DNA of 64,000 bases from Blastocladiella emersonii ATCC 22665 (Eukaryota; Fungi; Blastocladiomycota). The notes under the pieces are model-generated. The model did no database searches and was not told where the DNA came from. It saw only the letters and a list, made by a program, of their open reading frames with translations. Below, one piece after another: positions 57,880-64,000 of the stretch. Position 1 is the stretch's first letter. Each line of letters opens with the position of its first letter. Position numbers and translations under genes: made by a program. The stretch covers positions 2,294,001-2,358,000 of the forward strand of contig JANHCV010000002.1 in assembly GCA_025594325.1 (NCBI GenBank), read 5' to 3'.

Positions 57880-58342
57880 GGTGACGGCTGCTTCGTGGAG
57901 TCGGAGAGGTGGCCAGGCAACGTCGGTCGGGCGGTAACGAGCACGGCGGCGGAGGCGGCGGGGAGCGAGCGCGAGGCGGCGGGGCGCGGCGGGCCGCCCA
58001 GCCGGCGTCGACCGTGTGGCGCACACGATTCGAAGGTTTTGCGCCACGGCGTGACCGCGGAAACCCCCCTTTTCTCACCTCCCCTCTCCCTTGCGCCACG
58101 CTGACCACGCCGGCGACCAGCGGGCCGACGCCGCCGCCAAGGCCTGTCTGCATCCCGAGGGCCCCTAGCACGGCGCCCGCCCGTCACCACCATGAAGCAC
58201 TAGCGGCATCGCCCGCCCCGCCCATCAGCCCGTTGCACATTCATCACCTGCGGCCCCGCTCGCCCGTGCACCCTCGCCCGTCGCGCGACGACTCCACTCG
58301 CGCCCCCTCCTGGGCACCCGTACCCGCACCCGCACCCGCGCC

Positions 58343-61300
58343 ATGGCGACGCTCGACCAGGTCCGCAACTACAGCACCAGCCTGACGGGCCTGGCGCTGC
58401 AAGTGTCCCTGACCGCGTTCCTGTCGGGCGCCTGCATCGTCGCCTTTGCCTACCTGCGCCACTCGCGCACCTTCAAGCACCTCTACGACGCCCGCAGCCG
58501 CCTGCACGAGTACGCCTCCCCTCGCATTGCTAGCTTATCGTACGTGTGCGGAGCGCTAACCAGCGCGCGTGTGCCGCGTACCAGAGGCGCCCAGTGCACC
58601 ACGGGCAACTGCTGCTCGTGCGCGTCCAACCCGCACGACCCGTCTCATCCCAATGATCCGCCACAACACTCTCAGTCGGACGCCGAGCGGCGACGGCCCT
58701 CGTCGTCTGCTGCCGCCACGGCGCAAAAGCCCAAAGACGAGGCGTGCCCGCGGCACCCGCCGCCCACCTTCTGGGCGCTCGTCAAGTCCGTGTACCGCGT
58801 GCCCGAGCGCGACATTGTGCGCGAGCTGGGCCTCGACGCGGCCGTGTTCCTGCGCTTCAACCGCATGTGCATCCAGATCTGCGCCATCCTGTGCCTGACC
58901 GCCTCGATCGTCCTGATCCCGCTGCACGTCTCGTACACGCGCCCGCCCGACGCCATCTCGCAGGACGCGGCGAGCGTGCTCAACAGCTCGCGCGCCAACA
59001 GCGCTGCATCCACGACGCCGCTGCGCGCGCTCCCGGCGACCGTCATCTCGACCAACGCCACCGCGGGCGGCAACTCGACGAACACAACCACGCCCGACGG
59101 CAAGATCCCGCTCGCGCTGATCGGCGCCCTCGACACCTACTCGATGCTCAACCTGCCGCCCGGCGCGTCGGCCTTCTACTTCCACGCCGTGTTCGCGTAC
59201 CTCGTGACCGCCGTCATCATCCTGCTCGTCTACCGCAACTACCTGTGGTACGCCGACGCCCTGCACGCCGCCATGCTCGACCAGGCCCGCCGCGACGACG
59301 TGCACATGCGCACCGTGCTCGTCAAGGGCATCCCGCTCGAGCTACGGTCCGAGGAGGCCCTGCGCGCCTACTTCTCGCAGCTGCGCCTCGGCCAGGTCGA
59401 GGCCGTCGTCCTCAACCGCCGGTTCGGGAAACTCGAGCGCCGCGTCGACCGGTGCGCCATGTACCTCCGCCAGCTCGAGATCGCGCATATGGAGCTCGCC
59501 CGGAACTACTACAAGGACCGCGTCCAGGAGGCGTGGCGGCCCACGCGCCTCACGTCCGCCGCGCTGTCGCCCTTTGGCCTTGCCATGCAGTGGATCGCGC
59601 GGCACTTTCTCCGCCTCATGGCCGCCATCGGCCGCCGCATCCCCGGTGTCGGCCGTGGCCCGCCTGGCGCCACCGCGGCCGCCAACAACCGCCGCCGCCG
59701 CCGGCGCCGCCCGCAGCGCAACACGGCGTTCCTGTCGGACCGGTTCAACTGGCACAGCCAGTATTTCGCCAACGAGGAGGACGTGCTGACGTCCGACTCG
59801 GACGAGGAAAACTCGTTCCCGCTACCGTCCGAGCGCGGGTCGCCCGACCAGTCCGAGTCGTCGATTGACGTCAACGGCGACGCCGCGGTCGTCATCGACG
59901 GCCAGACGCTCCCGCCGCAGCCCGGGTGCATGCCGCCGCCCATGAACGCCGCGTACGCGTCGATGCGCAAGGACCCGGCCACGTCGACGCTCGCGCCCGT
60001 CATTGTCGGGCTCACGTCCGCGTTCGCCAACCCGTCGCCCATGCCGTCGCGCGAGCCGTCGCTGTTCGAGTTCCCCGTCGAGGACGATCCGGGCGTTGAC
60101 AGCGCGTCCGCCGCGCTCCCCTCGCGCACACACCAGCAGCAGCAGCGCACGTCGTGGCTGCAGTACCCGTCGCTCCCCGCGCACCGGGCGTCCATGGCGT
60201 GGGACCGGCTGCTGCACCCGCGCAACCGGCGTGAGCTCGACCCGTACCAGCCGACGCACATCACGCCGAGCGGCAAAGTGGTCAAGACCATCGACTACTC
60301 GCTGCGCAAGCTGCTGTACCACGAGTACCGCGTGGGCCACGGCCGCGACATTGCGCGGGTCGCCGAGCGGTACAAGGCGAACCCCATGGCGTTTGTCACG
60401 TTCCGGTCGCCCGTCGCCGCGGCCATCTGCGCGCAGACGCTGGTCATGAAGTCGCCGACGACGCGTATCGTCATGGCGCCCGAGCCGCGCGATATCATCT
60501 GGTCGGCGTTCGCGTGGTCCGACTCGTCGCGGCGGAGCCTGGCCAAGTTTGCGACCAACGGCGTGGTCGGGTTCCTCATCTTCATCTGGATCATCCCCAT
60601 CTCGCTCGTCGTCGCCCTCGCCAACCTCGACCAGATCATCCGCATCGTCTACTTTCTGCGCCCGCTGTACGAGCAGAGCACGCTGTTCCGGTCGTTCCTG
60701 TCGTCGGTCCTGCCCTCGGTCACAGCCACGCTGTTCAACGTGCTCATGCCGTACCTCATCATGGCGCTCCTGTCGATGCAGGGCATCTACACCAAGTCCC
60801 GGTTCGATGACAGTATCACCCGCAAGTACTTTGCGTTCCTGTTCATCAATCAGCTCGTCTTCTTCGGTACGCTTATTGGCCCTCGCCCGTCCGAGGCCGA
60901 TCTCTGACGCTGCCCACCGCTGCGTGTAGTCGTCGGCCAAACCATCATCACCACGACGCTCAACCTGTTCTTCTTCGTGCCCATCGAGCTGCCCGGTCTC
61001 GCGCGCGGCGGCGGCGGCGCGGCGTCGAGCTTCGACAACATCGTGCTGCTGGCCGCCAAGTCGATCCCGCTCGGCGCCAACTTCTTCATCAACTACATCC
61101 TGTTCCAGGCGGTGCTGCACGCGTGCGAGCTGCTGCAGATCAACTGGAACATCTTCGTGGTGCTGGTGCAGACGTCTCGCTGGGTCGCGCGCACGCCGCG
61201 GGACCTGTTCCAGGCGCGGCGGCCGTGGTCGTTCACCTACTTTTACTTCTGGTGCTCGAACGGGCTCGCCCTGGTCATCACCACGCTGTACTCGCTGATC

Positions 61301-62686
61301 CACCCGCTGCTGGCCTGCGTCGGCCTCTTCTACTTTTCGTTCGGGTACATGGTCTACAAGCACAACCTGCTGTACTGCTACGTGCCCGCGTACGAGACCA
61401 ACGGGCAGACGTGGCACCAGGCCGTCGGGTGGACGCTGCTCGGCCTCGGGCTCTTTCAGGTCACCATGGCCGGCCTGTTCGCGACCAACGGCATCTACGC
61501 GGGTGCGCTCATGATGCTGCCCCTCCTCGGCGCCACGCTCGTGTTCCGCTCGTTCCTCGCTCGCACCGTGCGACCGCGGTGCCGCCACGTCCCCGTCGAG
61601 GCCCTCACCCGCCAGGCCGTCGAGATGAACACGGTCACCCCGCGCGCGTCCGAAAACGACCTCGCGCGCCGGCTCAGCGCGGCGCGGATCGCCGGGCTCC
61701 AGATGATGTTCCAGTCGCAGCAGTCAGCCAACCGCGCTGCGGGTGCGGCGGCGGCGGCGGCCACGCGGTCAACGACCGTGACCATCGACGACCCGTCGGC
61801 CGCGTCGTCCGCGACCAACTCGCCGTCGCCACTCGTCCCGCGCGACCTCACCTCCCCCTCTCCACACCCGCGCCCGCGCCGCGCGTCGTCGACCGAATCC
61901 CTCGCGTCGTCGCGCAACACGGTCGAGTGCATGTCGGCGTCGCTGGGCGCCGACTTCAACGAGACGCGCGACCCGAACCCGCAGACCTACTACCCGCCGT
62001 GCCTGTGGGCGCCGCTGCCGTCGGCCATGTGGCTGCCCGCCGACCCGCTGCACGCGGGGCGGTTCGATCTCGCGCGGTGCCTCCACGTCGACGCGTACTG
62101 CCTCTCGGCGTCCGCCGAGGATCCCGCCGCCGAGCGGGATGTCCGGCGCGACTTTTCGGCGACGCCGCCGATTTCCGAGATGGGCGGCGGGAGCGGGGTC
62201 GGGGTGGAGCGGCCGAAGCGGTTCCTCCGCGATATCGCGGGGAGTCTTGGGCGGCCGACGTCCCCGCTCGCGTCGTCGACGGTCTCGGTCACGCCCGCCG
62301 CCGCCGCCGGGGTCAAGTCGCCCACCGCGCTCCACTTCCACCACGAGGTCTTCATCCCGGACCCCTCCGCCGCCGCGCCCGCCGGAAAACCGCCCAGCCA
62401 GCCGGCCTCGACCGCGGCCCGCACCCCCGCGCCCGCCGCCGCGAGCCTAAGGTCGCGCGACTCGGGCGGCAGCGGCGCCCTGCGCATGTTCGCGGCGCTC
62501 GGGCTCGGGCTGTCGCGGCCCGGGTCGGCGTCGGGTGATGTGCCGCTGGGCGAGTTCCGGCGCGGGAGCGAGATGACGGGCAGCGGCGCCGCGACGCCGG
62601 CTTCGGAGGAGGCGCCGTCGACGGCGTCCGCGTCCGTGTCGGGGTCGGATATGGCGTTGCCGATTCTCAAGCCGGTTGCGAGGTGA
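58343..62686 (+). CDS. CSC1/OSCA/TMEM63 (RSN1/PHM7, DUF221) calcium-permeable channel
   Basis: HLYDARSRL, GLDAAVFLRF, RTVLVKGIP, AFVTFRS..AA..CAQ, MAPEPRDIIW, many TM helices, LAAKSIP..ANFFINY, YKHNLLYCY. Multi-exon. Confidence 0.9.
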
Positions 62687-62955
62687 GGTGATAGATGTGT
62701 TTTGAATAGATACCCATGGAGGGATGATGAGACGCATGTTTGTGTATCGAATGAATTCATTGGGGTTGGGTCGGGTACATGACGAGGGAGGGAGGGAGGG
62801 GAGAGGGTGCCGCGCCAGCGCGCGCAGAGGACGGAGAGGAGGTGCCGTACGAGGCGTGAGATGGAGATGGTGGAGGAGAAGGGAGACGCGCCCATAGTCG
62901 AGGCGCCCGAGGAGGAGGATGACGAGGGGAAGGGAGAAACAAACTTGGACCGGAC

Positions 62956-64000
62956 CTACGCTTGTGGGATCGACGCCGTAGACGACGCTGCCGACCCACT
63001 CCCGTTGGTGTTGGCCTTCTTCTTGCGCTTCTTGGGCCCGGGCGAGCTCGTCGCCGAGTCGATGCGCCCGGGCTCCTCGACGAGGTGCCCGTTCTCGAGG
63101 ATCGTCGCGGTCTCGTCGACGTGGTAGTGTTGTGGCACCGCAGCGACGCCGCAGTCGGGGCACGCGCACGCGCCAGCCGCCGGCGGAACCCCGGCGGCCG
63201 CGAGAGCGTCGAGCGACGCAGCGCGCGAGGGGAGCGGCGAGAACGTCGCCGTGTCGACGCTGCTGGCGGCCGCGTCCTCGTTGCGGCGCTTGCGGCCCAT
63301 GGGCGGCGCGTCGATGTGCGGCGGGTGCAGCGGCGGGTGGTGCATCGACGGGTGCTCGTCGAAGGAGCCGGGGAGGATGTGATGAGGGTGGTGGAGGTAC
63401 TGCGGGCCGAGGTGCGGCGACGGCGCGGGCGACGCGAGCGTCATGTTGGCCATGCCGCGCGACAGCGTCGGTGAGCCGGGCGCGGGCGACGCGTGGTACG
63501 GGTGGCGCAGGTGCGAGTGCTGCTGCTGCTGCTGCGCGTACCCGGACGATGCGCCGGCCGTGGCGTGGTGCGGGACGAGCGAGTTGACGAACGGCACCTT
63601 GCCGAGGGTCCCGAGCCACTGCTCGGCCGTGTTGATGGACTGACCAAAGACGCCCTGGATCGACTGCAGGATATCGCCGGCCTCGGCGGCAAAGGTCAAG
63701 ACGCGCTCGGCGTCCGTCGACTCGGATGCGGGCGCGCCCGCGGCCTGCAGGTTGGCCCACCGGTTGGGCAGCGACAGGATGAAGACGCGGACGCGGGTGC
63801 GCGCCTCGCCCGTCAAAAAGTTGCCGGCGTACCGGCCGACCACGTCGACGACGCGGCGCAGGGTCTCGGCGATCTCGCGCTTGATCTCGGCGAGCGGCGG
63901 GAACGGGTTGCCCGGTAGCGCCACGGCGGTGGACGCCGACGACGTGATGCTGCGCGACGCGTCGTAGAGGACCGAGGCCAGGAAGTTGCGCAGGTGGATC
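62956..64000 (-). CDS. Opi1-family transcriptional regulator (3' part; 5' end lies beyond the window)
   Basis: IKREIAETLRRVVDVVGRYAG..L..EAR..VR.FILSLP.RW and RVLTFA.EA.D.L...AEQW match the Opi1 C-terminal domain pattern. Confidence 0.8.
   Translation of the reverse strand, partial: IHLRNFLASVLYDASRSITSSASTAVALPGNPFPPLAEIKREIAETLRRVVDVVGRYAGNFLTGEARTRVRVFILSLPNRWANLQAAGAPASESTDAERVLTFAAEAGDILQSIQGVFGQSINTAEQWLGTLGKVPFVNSLVPHHATAGASSGYAQQQQQHSHLRHPYHASPAPGSPTLSRGMANMTLASPAPSPHLGPQYLHHPHHILPGSFDEHPSMHHPPLHPPHIDAPPMGRKRRNEDAAASSVDTATFSPLPSRAASLDALAAAGVPPAAGACACPDCGVAAVPQHYHVDETATILENGHLVEEPGRIDSATSSPGPKKRKKKANTNGSGSAASSTASIPQA

Overview
This window is eukaryotic, very GC-rich and gene-dense, with short spliceosomal introns (mostly about 59-77 nt, GT(A/C/G)CG...YAG). 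The gene set (epsin, Opi1-like, AA11-like LPMO, UBE2U-like E2, TilS) points to an early-diverging, probably zoosporic fungus such as a Blastocladiomycota; this is inference, not a database match. About 25 protein-coding genes can be built by hand. Most are housekeeping: UTP18, XRN2/RAT1, epsin, VPS29, MCAT, RPS27, a CSC1/OSCA channel, an SDR, a USP and a GNAT. Most long ORFs in the supplied track are GC-driven shadow ORFs. The most unusual elements are: (1) a tandem pair of 2x6-TM proteins that resemble the membrane anchors of transmembrane adenylyl cyclases but have no recognisable cyclase domain; (2) an MLKL-like/EF-hand-like/pseudokinase/Sel1-like gene broken by a single in-frame TGA; (3) next to it, a protein with four beta-trefoil-like repeats, each carrying a phase-0 intron at the same codon; (4) a CaMK fused to a neutral-sphingomyelinase-like EEP domain; (5) a 422-nt RPS27 intron with a 195-nt AG-free zone. 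No rRNA, tRNA, CRISPR array or intact transposon was recognised. All family assignments come from motifs read by eye.
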